From NCBI GenBank assembly GCA_963736005.1, contig CAVTNB010000001.1, forward strand, positions 672,001 through 736,000: a stretch of DNA of 64,000 bases. The letters are read 5' to 3'. A program made the position numbers and the translations under genes. Source of the stretch: an uncultured Pseudomonadota bacterium. Its GTDB lineage: Bacteria; Vulcanimicrobiota; Vulcanimicrobiia; Eremiobacterales; Eremiobacteraceae. Of this stretch, positions 49,816 through 59,813 are shown one piece after another. How positions within the stretch are numbered: the first letter of the stretch is position 1; each line of letters opens with the position of its first letter. The notes beneath the pieces are model-generated. The model worked only from the letters and a program-made list of their open reading frames with translations. It was not told the origin of the DNA and ran no database searches.

Positions 49816-50553
49816 ATGGCAATCAAAGCACCCATTTTCTCGATTCAAAAAAGCAACGAGCGCTTCTGCGCTGACCATGGCTGGCTCAAGACGTGCTTCT
49901 CGTTCAGCTTTGCGGAGTACCAAGACCCTAACAATACCAATTGGGGCGCTTTGCGCGTTTTGAACGACGATCGCATTGCACCGAGCGAGGGGTTCCCGCC
50001 GCATCCGCATCGCGATATGGAAATCATCACCTACGTGCTTTCCGGAGAGCTCGAGCATAAGGACAGCATGGGCAATCACGGCGTCGTCGGTCCGGGCGGC
50101 GTCCAGTACATGAGCGCTGGCACGGGGGTGAGGCATTCCGAATTCAATCACTCGGCCACGGACGAGCTGCATATGGTGCAGATGTGGGTCGTCCCTCCGA
50201 CCGGATCCCAAGGTCCGTCGGCACAAGCGCCCCGCTACGGCCAACGGGAATTCACGACCAAAGACCGGCTCAACCAATGGCTCCTCGTCGCAAGCGGCAA
50301 GCCTGGCGTGGCTGCACCGGTCGCGCTCAGTCAAAACGCAGCCTTCCTTGTCTTGAGACTGGAAAGCGACTCGCTGACCTATGCCCTCGACCCGGCGCGA
50401 TTGGGCTTTCTCTTCCTCGCCGAAGGAGAGGTCACGGCCAATGGCCAGACGCTGAGAACGGGCGACGCGGTAAGGATGGCCGGCGTTTCCGAGCTGGAGA
50501 TTGGCGGCACAGGTGAGGTCCTGCTGTGGGACGTGCCCGATTTCCCGACGTGA
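49816..50553 (+). CDS. Pirin family protein (YhhW-like)
   Basis: LRVLNDD, HPH.DMEI.TYV..G...H.DSMGN, MSAGTGV.HSE.N, QMW. Confidence 0.93.
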   Translation: MAIKAPIFSIQKSNERFCADHGWLKTCFSFSFAEYQDPNNTNWGALRVLNDDRIAPSEGFPPHPHRDMEIITYVLSGELEHKDSMGNHGVVGPGGVQYMSAGTGVRHSEFNHSATDELHMVQMWVVPPTGSQGPSAQAPRYGQREFTTKDRLNQWLLVASGKPGVAAPVALSQNAAFLVLRLESDSLTYALDPARLGFLFLAEGEVTANGQTLRTGDAVRMAGVSELEIGGTGEVLLWDVPDFPT

Positions 50554-50566
50554 TGGCCAGTTGACG

Positions 50567-51541
50567 ATGCCTCAAACCGCCGATACTTGTAATGAGATGA
50601 GCGACGAACGACAACCGCAGCAATACGAGGATTTTGGTTCAGCGGCAGAAGTAGCGCTTGGCCTTTTGCGCGAGAAAGTGGGATTGCAGTTTTGGATGAT
50701 CACCCGACTTGCGGGCGACGAACTGATCGTCCTGAATTGCGTTGGCAATAATTTCGCAGTGAAAAATGGCGACAGCATGTTGTGGACGGACACGATATGC
50801 TCGCGCATGCTCGCCGGCAGCGGACCGCGCGTTGCTCCAAAGGTGGCCGAGGTTCCCGCATACGCTGGCGCGCCTCTCACACAAGCTCTGCACATCGGCG
50901 CGTACATAGGTGCTCCGCTTTCGCTCGCCGATGGCAAACTGTACGGCATTCTTGCGGGCTTGGACCGAGAGCCCAAAGGCGATGACCTCAAATCGCAGCA
51001 GTGGCTCGTCGAGATGGTGGCTGGGTTGCTCGGTGCGATCGTCTCGCGCGAGAAAAGCGCGGGTGACAGCGCGCACCAGATTGTCGCCGAAGGCGGCGAA
51101 GTGCTCGTTGATAAGCTGACGCAAACGTTCAATCGCCGGGCTTGGGATCGCATCCTCGTAGCCGAAGAGTCGCGTTGCGCGCGCCACAATCATTCAGCTT
51201 GCGTGATTTGTGTTGACATCGATGGTCTGCGCGCCGTGAACGACTCGCAAGGCCGCGATAAGGGAGACGAGATGCTCGTGCGAGCCGCGCAGATTCTCAA
51301 GCGCGCGTGTCGCGGCTACGACATCGTTGCCCGCACGGGTGAGGACGAATTCGCCATTCTCGCGGTGGAGTGCGGCCTCAAGGGCGCTAAGGGTATGTTC
51401 GACCGCATCAACGGCGGGTTTGCGAAAGATGAGATCAAAGCGTCGTTGGGCATCGCGTTACGCAATGCCAACACCGGCTTGCCCCGCACATTTGACGAGG
51501 CAACCAACACGCTGCTCAACGCGAAGCGCATTAGGACGTAG
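50567..51541 (+). CDS. GAF + degenerate GGDEF domain protein
   Basis: GAF (C..M, AYIGAPL...G..YG.L); D.LT...NRR, DIDGL..VND..G...GD, RGYD-IVART-GEDEF. Confidence 0.88.
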   Translation: MPQTADTCNEMSDERQPQQYEDFGSAAEVALGLLREKVGLQFWMITRLAGDELIVLNCVGNNFAVKNGDSMLWTDTICSRMLAGSGPRVAPKVAEVPAYAGAPLTQALHIGAYIGAPLSLADGKLYGILAGLDREPKGDDLKSQQWLVEMVAGLLGAIVSREKSAGDSAHQIVAEGGEVLVDKLTQTFNRRAWDRILVAEESRCARHNHSACVICVDIDGLRAVNDSQGRDKGDEMLVRAAQILKRACRGYDIVARTGEDEFAILAVECGLKGAKGMFDRINGGFAKDEIKASLGIALRNANTGLPRTFDEATNTLLNAKRIRT

Positions 51542-52442
51542 CAGCCTGAAAGTATTTTGACGTCAGCGGGTGGTCCAGATGCGCCGCGATGAGGAGAGAT
51601 GCCTGGACAACGCCCTCGAGATCCACGCCGGTCTGAATCCCCATCCCGTCTAACATATAAATGAGATCTTCGGTGGCGAGGTTCCCGGCCGCGCCCGGCG
51701 CGTAGGGGCAGCCGCCCAGACCACCCGCAGACGAATCAAAAATTGCGATTCCGGAAAGCAACCCGGCAACAACATTCGCCAGCGCCGTGCCGCGCGTGTC
51801 GTGGAAATGGAGCGCCAGCCGCCCCGGGTCCACGGTACGCAAGAGCAGCGCGCATACCTGAGCAACTTGTGTTGGCGTTGCAACGCCGATCGTGTCGCCG
51901 ACGCTGATCTCGTCGACGCCGAGTGCCAGCAGTTTGCCGACCACGTCAATCACCGCTTGGGGCTTGACCTCGCCTTCGTAGGGGCAACCGAAGCCCGTTG
52001 ACACGTAGCCTCTGACGCGCATGTCCATCTTTTTGGCGCGTTCCACGACCGGTGCGAATCGTTCAAGTGACTGGGCGATTGTCGCATTGATATTGTGGTT
52101 GGCAAACGACTCCGAGGCCGCCGTGAAGAGGGCAATTTCGTGCGCCCCGGCGCTAACGGCCCGGTCTAAGCCACGCTCGTTCGGAACAAGCACTGGATAA
52201 CGAACTCCAGGCTTGCGGTCGATAGACTGCATCACGTCTTCTGCATCCGCAAGTTGCGGGATCGACTCTGGGCGCACGAACGACGTCACTTCGATGGCGG
52301 GAAGTCCGGCATCCGAGAGCGCGTTGACAAAGGCTACTTTGACCGCGGTGGGGATGCTGACGGCTTCGTTTTGCAGACCGTCGCGCGGTCCCACTTCAAC
52401 GACCGTCACTCGCTTGGGAAGCGATGAGAATGCTGCACCCAT
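51531..52442 (-). CDS. Hydroxymethylglutaryl-CoA lyase
   Basis: EVGPRDGLQNE, GDTIG, HFHDTRG, GLGGCPYAPGA.GN.ATED. Confidence 0.95.
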   Translation of the reverse strand: MGAAFSSLPKRVTVVEVGPRDGLQNEAVSIPTAVKVAFVNALSDAGLPAIEVTSFVRPESIPQLADAEDVMQSIDRKPGVRYPVLVPNERGLDRAVSAGAHEIALFTAASESFANHNINATIAQSLERFAPVVERAKKMDMRVRGYVSTGFGCPYEGEVKPQAVIDVVGKLLALGVDEISVGDTIGVATPTQVAQVCALLLRTVDPGRLALHFHDTRGTALANVVAGLLSGIAIFDSSAGGLGGCPYAPGAAGNLATEDLIYMLDGMGIQTGVDLEGVVQASLLIAAHLDHPLTSKYFQAATS

Positions 52443-52445
52443 GCG

Positions 52446-54458
52446 TTACCCTTCCGTCAGCAGGACCAGCACTTCACCTGCGCTGACCGTCTGACCGGGC
52501 TGCACCAAGACTTTGGTGACGGTGCCAGGGTAGGGGGCGACGACCGTGTGCTCCATCTTCATCGCCTCCATGACCACCAAAACCGTAAACGCGCTGACGG
52601 CGTCACTTGGTTTGACGTTTACTTTGACAATCGTGCCGCTCATCGGCGCCTGCACCGAGCCTGTCGCGGCATCGGTGCCTTGCCGGTGCACCGTCTGCGC
52701 GGATGCTGACGGCGGTTGCGCCACGACGAACTTCGCTACCTCTCCCCGCAGGCTCGAGGCAACTCCTTCGGGGGTACGCCAAGCTGCAAACTTTAATCGG
52801 CTGCCGTCCGACGTCAACGTGAAGACGCCGCCTCCGAGCGACTGGATTTGCGCTTCTCTATTCTCGGCGCTGCAATGCCACGCGCTTTCATTGTACAGCC
52901 AGCGTGCTTCAATCCGGACTGGGGGTTCGACAAAGTCGATGATGCGTGGATTGGCGGTGTGTCGCCACGCGCCAAGGCTCAGAATTGCGTTCGCCGGCTT
53001 TGCAGGCGGCGAGATTGGCAGCGCCGCAAGCGCGCCGGCTGCTGCGAGCGCCGCAAGATCACGATCCTCGCGGGGCACAAATTTATTCGCGACGCCAAGG
53101 TGTTTTTCGATAAAGTCAGTCTGGGTCTGACCCGCGACGAAATCTGGTTGATCGACAAGCCAGCGCAAGAATCCAATGTTGGTTGCGACGCCGCCAACGA
53201 TATATTCGTCTAGCGCTTGACGAAGCAAACGGATGCACTCGGTGCGAGTCTCCGCATGGGCGATGAGCTTCGCGATCATCGAGTCGTAGGCCGCCGACAC
53301 GATTGATCCCGCTTCGATCGCAACGTCGTTGCGCACGCCCGGTCGCTTTGGGGGCTCGAAGCTCGTAATGCGGCCCGTCGATGGGAGGAAACCCGCAGCG
53401 ATATCCTCGGCATAGACGCGCACTTCGATGGCGTGCCCGCGAGGTTCGATACGCGCGAATGAACTCGCGCGACTATACTCGAGTTCGCGGCCGGCGGCGA
53501 TCCACAGCTGTTCCCGAACCAAATCCATTCCGGTGACCATTTCGGTTGCCGGATGCTCCACTTGCAGCCGTGCGTTCATCTCCAAAAAATAAAAACTGCC
53601 GTTCTCATCGAGCATGAATTCAACCGTGCCCGCATTTCGATACCCGACAGCCCGGGCGATCTTGATTGCAGCGTCTTGGAGCGCGCCTCGGAGCTCCATC
53701 CCTACCGCAGACGATGGTGATTCCTCGAGAATCTTTTGATAGCGCCGTTGAATCGAGCACTCCCGCTCGACGAAGGTCACGATATGTGCAAAGCTGTCTG
53801 CAAGAACTTGAATCTCGATGTGCCGCGGTGTCGCCACGTAGCGCTCGAGAAAGACTGTTGGATCGCCGAAGGCAGCTTGTGCTTCGCGCTGTGCTCCCTC
53901 GAGAGCCGTCTCGAACTGGGTGAGGTCCTGCACGAGGCGCATGCCTCTGCCGCCGCCGCCTGCCGCAGCCTTGATGAGGAGCGGAGGCCCGATCTGCCGA
54001 GCATGCGCCGCCAGAGTCTCAATGGATTGATCTCGCTCGCTATAACCCGCAACGACGGGAACACCGCACTCCATCGCTGTTTTCTTTGCGAAGATCTTGT
54101 CACCGACTGCGGCCATCGCATCGGGTGGAGGGCCGACGAACACGATGCCAGCTTGAGCGCACGCGCCGGCGAATGACGAATTTTCCGAGAGGAATCCATA
54201 GCCCGGATGGATGGCCTGCGCGCCCGAACGCCTCGCTGCTTCGATGATCGCATCGCCGCGCAGATATGAATCCTTGGGAGAAACCCCCCCGATTGGGATG
54301 GCTTCATCGCACACTTTGGTGTGAAGCGCGCCGGCATCTGCGTCGGAGTACACGGCGATTGACCGAACGCCAAGCTCCCGGCAGGTGCGCGCGACTCGCA
54401 CGGCGATTTCGCCGCGATTCGCGATGAGAACCGACTCGAACGGCTTTACTTGAGCCAC
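52446..54458 (-). CDS. Methylcrotonyl-CoA carboxylase alpha subunit (biotin carboxylase + BCCP)
   Basis: ANRGEIA, HPGYGFLSEN, GGGGRGM, EMNARLQVEH, EAMKM; leucine-catabolism context. Confidence 0.9.
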   Translation of the reverse strand: MAQVKPFESVLIANRGEIAVRVARTCRELGVRSIAVYSDADAGALHTKVCDEAIPIGGVSPKDSYLRGDAIIEAARRSGAQAIHPGYGFLSENSSFAGACAQAGIVFVGPPPDAMAAVGDKIFAKKTAMECGVPVVAGYSERDQSIETLAAHARQIGPPLLIKAAAGGGGRGMRLVQDLTQFETALEGAQREAQAAFGDPTVFLERYVATPRHIEIQVLADSFAHIVTFVERECSIQRRYQKILEESPSSAVGMELRGALQDAAIKIARAVGYRNAGTVEFMLDENGSFYFLEMNARLQVEHPATEMVTGMDLVREQLWIAAGRELEYSRASSFARIEPRGHAIEVRVYAEDIAAGFLPSTGRITSFEPPKRPGVRNDVAIEAGSIVSAAYDSMIAKLIAHAETRTECIRLLRQALDEYIVGGVATNIGFLRWLVDQPDFVAGQTQTDFIEKHLGVANKFVPREDRDLAALAAAGALAALPISPPAKPANAILSLGAWRHTANPRIIDFVEPPVRIEARWLYNESAWHCSAENREAQIQSLGGGVFTLTSDGSRLKFAAWRTPEGVASSLRGEVAKFVVAQPPSASAQTVHRQGTDAATGSVQAPMSGTIVKVNVKPSDAVSAFTVLVVMEAMKMEHTVVAPYPGTVTKVLVQPGQTVSAGEVLVLLTEG

Positions 54459-55225
54459 GCTGGGCGGCGCTTGTCGAGAAAGGCGCGCAAGCCTTCTTGG
54501 CCCTCGGCGCTGATGCGCTGGCTTGCGATCCGTTCGGCCGTCCAGTGTCGCGCCTCCTCGGCGCTTAAGCCGCTGACCGTTCGGGCAATTTCTTTGGCAA
54601 GCCGGGCGGCGGACGGCCCACTCGTGAGCACTTCGCCGACCTTGCTTTCCGTCGAGGCGTCGAGCTGTCCGGGCGGGACGACCTCGTGCACCAATCCGAT
54701 TCGCAACGCACGCTCGGCACGAAAGCGCTCAGCGCTCGGGAAGAGCGCTCGCGCGTGACTCCGGCCAATTTTGCGCAGAACAAAAGGCGAAATAACCGCG
54801 GGCACGATGCCAAGTTTCGCTTCAGTGAACCCGAACAGGGCATCTTCTTCTGCAATCACGATGTCGCAGACTGCGATGAGCCCCGCTCCCCCGCCAAGCG
54901 CGGCGCCTTGCACTTTCGCGATGATCGGACACGGACAGTTGTCAATCGCGGCAAACATGTCGGACAATCGCAATGCGTCTTCGAAGTTTTGTGTTTCGGA
55001 GAGCGCGAGGGCGGCGCGCATGTACTTGATGTCCGCACCCCCGCAGAAGATCGCACCCTCTCCCTCGAGGACTACCGCGCGTAAAGATTCTTGACGCCCG
55101 AACTCCAAAAACATCTCGGTCAACGTGGCAATCGTCTCGATGTCCAAAGCATTGCGCACATCCGGGCGATTGAGTCGCACGTGGGTGACTTTTCCATCCT
55201 CGATCAGGCGCACTGGGTCGGGCAT
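54446..55225 (-). CDS. Methylglutaconyl-CoA hydratase-like enoyl-CoA hydratase
   Basis: LNRP..RNA, FC.GAD, A.GGG.GL, E.KLGI.PA.ISP. Confidence 0.88.
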   Translation of the reverse strand: MPDPVRLIEDGKVTHVRLNRPDVRNALDIETIATLTEMFLEFGRQESLRAVVLEGEGAIFCGGADIKYMRAALALSETQNFEDALRLSDMFAAIDNCPCPIIAKVQGAALGGGAGLIAVCDIVIAEEDALFGFTEAKLGIVPAVISPFVLRKIGRSHARALFPSAERFRAERALRIGLVHEVVPPGQLDASTESKVGEVLTSGPSAARLAKEIARTVSGLSAEEARHWTAERIASQRISAEGQEGLRAFLDKRRPAWLK

Positions 55226-55245
55226 TTGCAATCATCCCCTACGAT

Positions 55246-55376
55246 GGGCGACTTGACAGTCGCCCGCTACGTTTGTATTTGGGGCGATTTGCCAATCGCC
55301 CCCTACATTTCTCTGGGGCGACTTGACAGTCGCCCACTACGTTTGTGTTTGGGGCGATTTGCCAATCGCCCACTAC
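55246..55376. repeat. BIME-like REP array A-B-A-B, 70-bp period
   Basis: Units at 55246-55270, 55281-55306, 55315-55340 and 55351-55376, each ending in CTAC. Confidence 0.95.
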
Positions 55377-55389
55377 ATTTCCGATTTCG

Positions 55390-56997
55390 TTACATGCGGA
55401 AGATGCCGAATTTGGTTGCGCGCGGTGGTGCGTTTGCGGCCGCGGAAATGCCTAGCGCCAGCACCTCACGCGTCTGTGCGGGATCGATGATGCCGTCATC
55501 CCAGAGTCTGGCAGTGCTATAATAAGGATTTCCCTCGGCCTCGTATTTGTCCAGAATCGGCTGCGTGAACTCGCGCTGCTCGTCTACGTTCATCGTCTTA
55601 CCCTGGCGCTCCATTCCTTCCATGCGCACGGTGAGCAGCACGCTTGCCGCTTGGGGTCCACCCATCACCGAGATGCGCGCATTTGGCCACATCCAAAGCT
55701 GCCGCGGCGAGTAGGCCCGCCCGCACATGCCATAGTTGCCCGCGCCGAACGAGCCGCCAATGATCACCGTGAATTTCGGCACTTGCGCGTTGGCGACCGC
55801 CATCACCATTTTTGCGCCGTCTTTAGCGATGCCGCCCTCCTCGTACTGCTTGCCCACCATAAAGCCCGTAATGTTCTGCAAGAAGACAAGCGGTATGCCT
55901 CGCTCGCAGCATAATTCTATGAAGTGGGTCGCCTTGAGCGCGCTCTGCGAGAAGAGAATTCCTTGATTGGCAATGATGCCGACTGGATAGCCTTCGATGT
56001 GCGCAAACCCGCAAACCACGGTTTGGCCGTAGAGTGCCTTAAACTCGTGAAACTCGCTTGCGTCGACAATGCGAGCGATGACCTCGTGCACGTCGTAGGG
56101 TTTGCGCCAGTCGCGCTGCACGATGCCATAGATTTCCCGTGGGTCATACGCCGGTGGTTGGGATTCTTGGATCGGCCAGGGCATCTTCTTCTCGTAAGCA
56201 AGGTTGGCCACGATCTCGCGGCAGATGCCCAGCGCTTGCTCGTCCGAGAGCGCGTAGTGGTCGGTGACGCCGGAGACGCGTGAATGCACGTCCGCGCCGC
56301 CCAACTCTTCGGCTGTGACAATCTCCCCAGTTGCGGCTTTCACCAAAGGAGGGCCGCCCAAAAAAATGGTGCCCTCGCCCTTGACGATGACGGTTTCGTC
56401 CGACATGGCCGGAACGTATGCGCCGCCTGCAGTGCACGAACCCATCACCGCCGCAATTTGCGCGATGCCCTTGCTCGACATGCGCGCTTGGTTGTAGAAA
56501 ATTCGTCCGAAGTGGTCGCGGTCGGGAAAGACCTCTGCCTGAAGCGGTAAGAATGCGCCGCCGGAATCAACCAAATACACGCACGGCAGATAGTTTTGCT
56601 CGGCGATTTCCTGCGCGCGCAGATGCTTTTTGACCGTGAGCGGAAAGTAGGTGCCGCCTTTGACCGTTGCATCGTTCGCCACGATAACGCACTCGCGCCC
56701 GCATACAACGCCAATCCCAGTGACTAAACCTGCGCTCGGCGCTTCGCCCTTGTACAGATCCCAGGCTGCGAGCGCGGAAAACTCGAGGAATGGCCTATCC
56801 GGATCGACGAGACGCGAAATCCGATCGCGCGCCGGCATTTTTTTTCGAGACACGTGCAACGCCATCGCCTCCGCGCCGCCACCCTGACTCACTCGCGCGG
56901 TGCGTGCGGAAAGTTCGCTCAGTAAATCGGTAAAGAACTGGCGATTGTGGGCGAATTCGGGCGACGAAGTATCGACGCGCGTCTGGAGAACGGCCAT
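55390..56997 (-). CDS. Methylcrotonyl-CoA carboxylase beta subunit
   Basis: [56 protein letters not shown]. Confidence 0.93.
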   Translation of the reverse strand: MAVLQTRVDTSSPEFAHNRQFFTDLLSELSARTARVSQGGGAEAMALHVSRKKMPARDRISRLVDPDRPFLEFSALAAWDLYKGEAPSAGLVTGIGVVCGRECVIVANDATVKGGTYFPLTVKKHLRAQEIAEQNYLPCVYLVDSGGAFLPLQAEVFPDRDHFGRIFYNQARMSSKGIAQIAAVMGSCTAGGAYVPAMSDETVIVKGEGTIFLGGPPLVKAATGEIVTAEELGGADVHSRVSGVTDHYALSDEQALGICREIVANLAYEKKMPWPIQESQPPAYDPREIYGIVQRDWRKPYDVHEVIARIVDASEFHEFKALYGQTVVCGFAHIEGYPVGIIANQGILFSQSALKATHFIELCCERGIPLVFLQNITGFMVGKQYEEGGIAKDGAKMVMAVANAQVPKFTVIIGGSFGAGNYGMCGRAYSPRQLWMWPNARISVMGGPQAASVLLTVRMEGMERQGKTMNVDEQREFTQPILDKYEAEGNPYYSTARLWDDGIIDPAQTREVLALGISAAANAPPRATKFGIFRM

Positions 56998-57062
56998 GAA
57001 CAGCCTGCTCCTTTCCTATCCAAAGGGACGCAGCCTGCTCGACGCCAACTCACCGGAGCTAG

Positions 57063-57941
57063 ATGCCAAAACTCTTTGAGTGCGTGCCGAACATTTCAGA
57101 GGGCAGGCGTGCAGACGTCGTTGCGAAGATCGGGCAACTGGCGGCCGATGCTCCCGGCGTGACGCTCATCGATACGCAAAGCGATCCATCACATAACCGC
57201 TCGGTGTACACGCTCGTCGGCAGTGGCGACGGCGTGGTTGAGGCGGCGTTGCGCTTGGCGGGAGGCGCCATCGAGAACATCGACTTGCGCACCCACCACG
57301 GAGAACATCCGCGCATGGGGGCAGTCGACGTCATCCCCTTCATCCCACTCGATGGCGCCAGCATGGATGAAGCCGTGCTGCTAGCGCGGCGTTGCGCTCA
57401 GGGCCTGTGGGAACGCTATCGCGTTCCCTCTTATTTTTATGAGGCGGCGGCCACGCGCCCCGAGCGACGCGATCTTGCGGCGGTTCGCAAGGGCCAGTTC
57501 GAAGGTCTGCTCACCGCCGTCAAAGAGCCCGACCGCCGTCCGGACGTGGGCGAGCCGGAGCTGCATCCCTCGGCTGGGGCGATTGCCGTTGGTGCTCGGG
57601 ACTTTTTGATCGCCTTCAACGTGAATCTGGCGACCGCGGACGTCAAAGTTGCCGAGCGTATCGCAGTTGCGGTGCGCCAGCGCAGCGGCGGTTTGGCCGG
57701 GATCAAGGCATTGGGGTTCTCGCTACCTGACAATATCGTGCAAGTCTCGATGAACGTAGTCAACGTCAACGCAATTCCACTTTACCGCGTCACCGAACTC
57801 ATTCGCCGCGAGGCGGCCGCCGCCGGCGTCAGCATCTGTGGCTGCGAACTCGTCGGCCTGGCGCCGCTCCGCGCCATCTTGGCCAGCGCCTCCTACTATC
57901 TTCACTTCGAGAACGTGGACCGCTCGCAGATAACGTGGTAG
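57063..57941 (+). CDS. Glutamate formiminotransferase (FT domain only)
   Basis: ECVPN.SEGR, HNR.V, H.GEHPRMGA.DV.PF.P, GAR..LIAFN, QVSMN, ELVGL.P. Confidence 0.93.
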   Translation: MPKLFECVPNISEGRRADVVAKIGQLAADAPGVTLIDTQSDPSHNRSVYTLVGSGDGVVEAALRLAGGAIENIDLRTHHGEHPRMGAVDVIPFIPLDGASMDEAVLLARRCAQGLWERYRVPSYFYEAAATRPERRDLAAVRKGQFEGLLTAVKEPDRRPDVGEPELHPSAGAIAVGARDFLIAFNVNLATADVKVAERIAVAVRQRSGGLAGIKALGFSLPDNIVQVSMNVVNVNAIPLYRVTELIRREAAAAGVSICGCELVGLAPLRAILASASYYLHFENVDRSQITW

Positions 57942-59218
57942 AGTCGCAGCGCGGAAAGAAGTTCGGGCGATTACCCTCCTATTCCATTCACAATGCAACG
58001 CTCCTTAGTCTTGCTCCGCTCGCTGCGGCTGCCGGAGCACAGGCGCAGATCCAGGCAGACGATCTTGGAGTGATCGAGCGCGGCACGCTGCTCGTTGAGA
58101 ACGGGGTCATCACGGCTGTCGGCTTGCACAAGGAGTGTGCGGCGGCCGTCGCGCACGCGCGCTCTCGATTCTCTCGTTTCGAGGAGCACGACGCGGCAGG
58201 CGACGTGGTCATGCCCGGGTTCGTCGACGCTCATACGCATGCGCTCTTTGCGGGCAATCGAATTTCGGATTTCGAAGACTTAGCGGCGGGCCGGAAGCCT
58301 TCGCTTGGCATGGCATATACGATCGAGCAAACGCGCGCCGCGGGCGAAGCAGCGCTGTTGGAGATCGGCGCGCGTCATCTGACGCTCATGCGCGATCACG
58401 GCACCACAACGGCCGAGGTCAAAAGCGGCTACGAGCTCAACGTGCAGGGGGAGTTGCTCCTTCTCTCCGTGATGGCACGTTTGGGGGCGCGGCCGGATCT
58501 GCCCCGCATCGTGCCCACGTTTTGCGGCGCTCACGCGCTTGCTCCTGAGTTTGACGACTACGACGCGTTCGTCGACGAATTGTGCGATCGCATCTTGCCG
58601 CGCGTCGCCGAGCAAGGGATAGCCTGGTTTGCCGATGCCTTTTGTGAAACCGGATTTTTTACTCCGCAACAATCCGAGCGCTTTCTGCGAGCGTGCGCCG
58701 CCACCGGACTCCGCTTGCGCATCCACGCCGACGAGCTGGCCAAAAGTGGCGGCGCCCAGGTGGCAGCCAAGCTGCGTACGATGTCCGTCGATCATCTCAA
58801 CTTCGTCGACAAAGAGGGCATCGAAGCAATTGCGGCCGCCGGATGCGTTGCCGTGCTGTGCCCTGGCACAGTCGAATACCTGGCGCTTTCAACCTATGCG
58901 CCCGCTCGCAAGCTGATCGAGGCAGGAGTACCGGTCGCCCTTGCAACCGATTTTAATCCGGGAACCTGCCCCTGCTTCTCGCTGCAGACAGTCGCGTATC
59001 TCGCGCGCAGTCGGATGGGTATGACCGCCCACGAGACCATCGTGGCGATCACCCTCAACGCCGCCTACTCGCTCGGTTTGGCGGGCGAAATCGGCACTCT
59101 CACGGCGGGCAAACGGGCCGACGTTGTCGTCCTTGGCACGAGCGATTATCGAGAGCTCGGCTACTTTTTCGGCACCAATTTGGTGACCGTCGGATTCATC
59201 GGAGCGAAAAGTGGTTAA
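57935..59218 (+). CDS. hutI: Imidazolonepropionase
   Basis: PGFVDAHTH, GTTT.EVKSGY, D.FCE, HADE, DHL, ATDFNPG. Confidence 0.95.
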   Translation: MVESQRGKKFGRLPSYSIHNATLLSLAPLAAAAGAQAQIQADDLGVIERGTLLVENGVITAVGLHKECAAAVAHARSRFSRFEEHDAAGDVVMPGFVDAHTHALFAGNRISDFEDLAAGRKPSLGMAYTIEQTRAAGEAALLEIGARHLTLMRDHGTTTAEVKSGYELNVQGELLLLSVMARLGARPDLPRIVPTFCGAHALAPEFDDYDAFVDELCDRILPRVAEQGIAWFADAFCETGFFTPQQSERFLRACAATGLRLRIHADELAKSGGAQVAAKLRTMSVDHLNFVDKEGIEAIAAAGCVAVLCPGTVEYLALSTYAPARKLIEAGVPVALATDFNPGTCPCFSLQTVAYLARSRMGMTAHETIVAITLNAAYSLGLAGEIGTLTAGKRADVVVLGTSDYRELGYFFGTNLVTVGFIGAKSG

Positions 59219-59273
59219 GATGAGGTTTTGGTATGACGCCCGCGGGAATGCTACATAATAGTATGATCGCGTC

Positions 59274-59813
59274 ATGAAGACGTTTAGGCGTCAGTACCCG
59301 AGCAGCTACCCGTCGGTGCCAAAAGCCCGGCGCGACGTTGCCGCATTTGCCCGCAGCTGCGGGCTCTATCCAAACGACATCAATGACATTGCTTTGGCCG
59401 CTGGTGAGGCGTGCAACAACGCCGCCGAGCACGGACATGTGGCTGCGGGCCATTTTACGGTTCGTTGTGCATATGAAAACGGCGAGTTGACCATTGAAGT
59501 CATCGATCGCGGGGCCGGCTTCGATCCCACGGGAAAAGGCGAGTGCAGCGATCCTGAAAACCTGGGGATGCGCGGGCTCGGCATTTTCATCATGCGATCG
59601 CTCATGGACGACATTTGCTTCACGGTTCAGAAATCCGGCACGTCGGTGAAGCTCACCAAATATGCGCTGCGCGAGACGCCCGTCACGGTCGCCGGCTTGC
59701 TGAAAGGAAATGGCGTGGCGGGCCCGCGCTTGACCCTAGCGGCCGTTCACGACCGGCTCAAATCGCTTTTGAAACTCGCTCGGTTCCAATCGGGCGGCCG
59801 CCGCCAGCGCTAA
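59274..59813 (+). CDS. RsbW-like anti-sigma / HATPase_c_2 protein
   Basis: LA.GEA.NNA.EH, D.G.GFD, GLG.FIM..LMD. Confidence 0.88.
   Translation: MKTFRRQYPSSYPSVPKARRDVAAFARSCGLYPNDINDIALAAGEACNNAAEHGHVAAGHFTVRCAYENGELTIEVIDRGAGFDPTGKGECSDPENLGMRGLGIFIMRSLMDDICFTVQKSGTSVKLTKYALRETPVTVAGLLKGNGVAGPRLTLAAVHDRLKSLLKLARFQSGGRRQR

Noticed and set aside
49024..50334. 436-aa minus-strand ORF
   Set aside because: Antisense to hutU and pirin; typical high-GC shadow ORF.
55246..55376. Possible CRISPR mini-array
   Set aside because: Spacers are only 8-10 nt and themselves repeated, the units alternate between two types found dispersed elsewhere, and there are no cas genes. It is a REP/BIME array.
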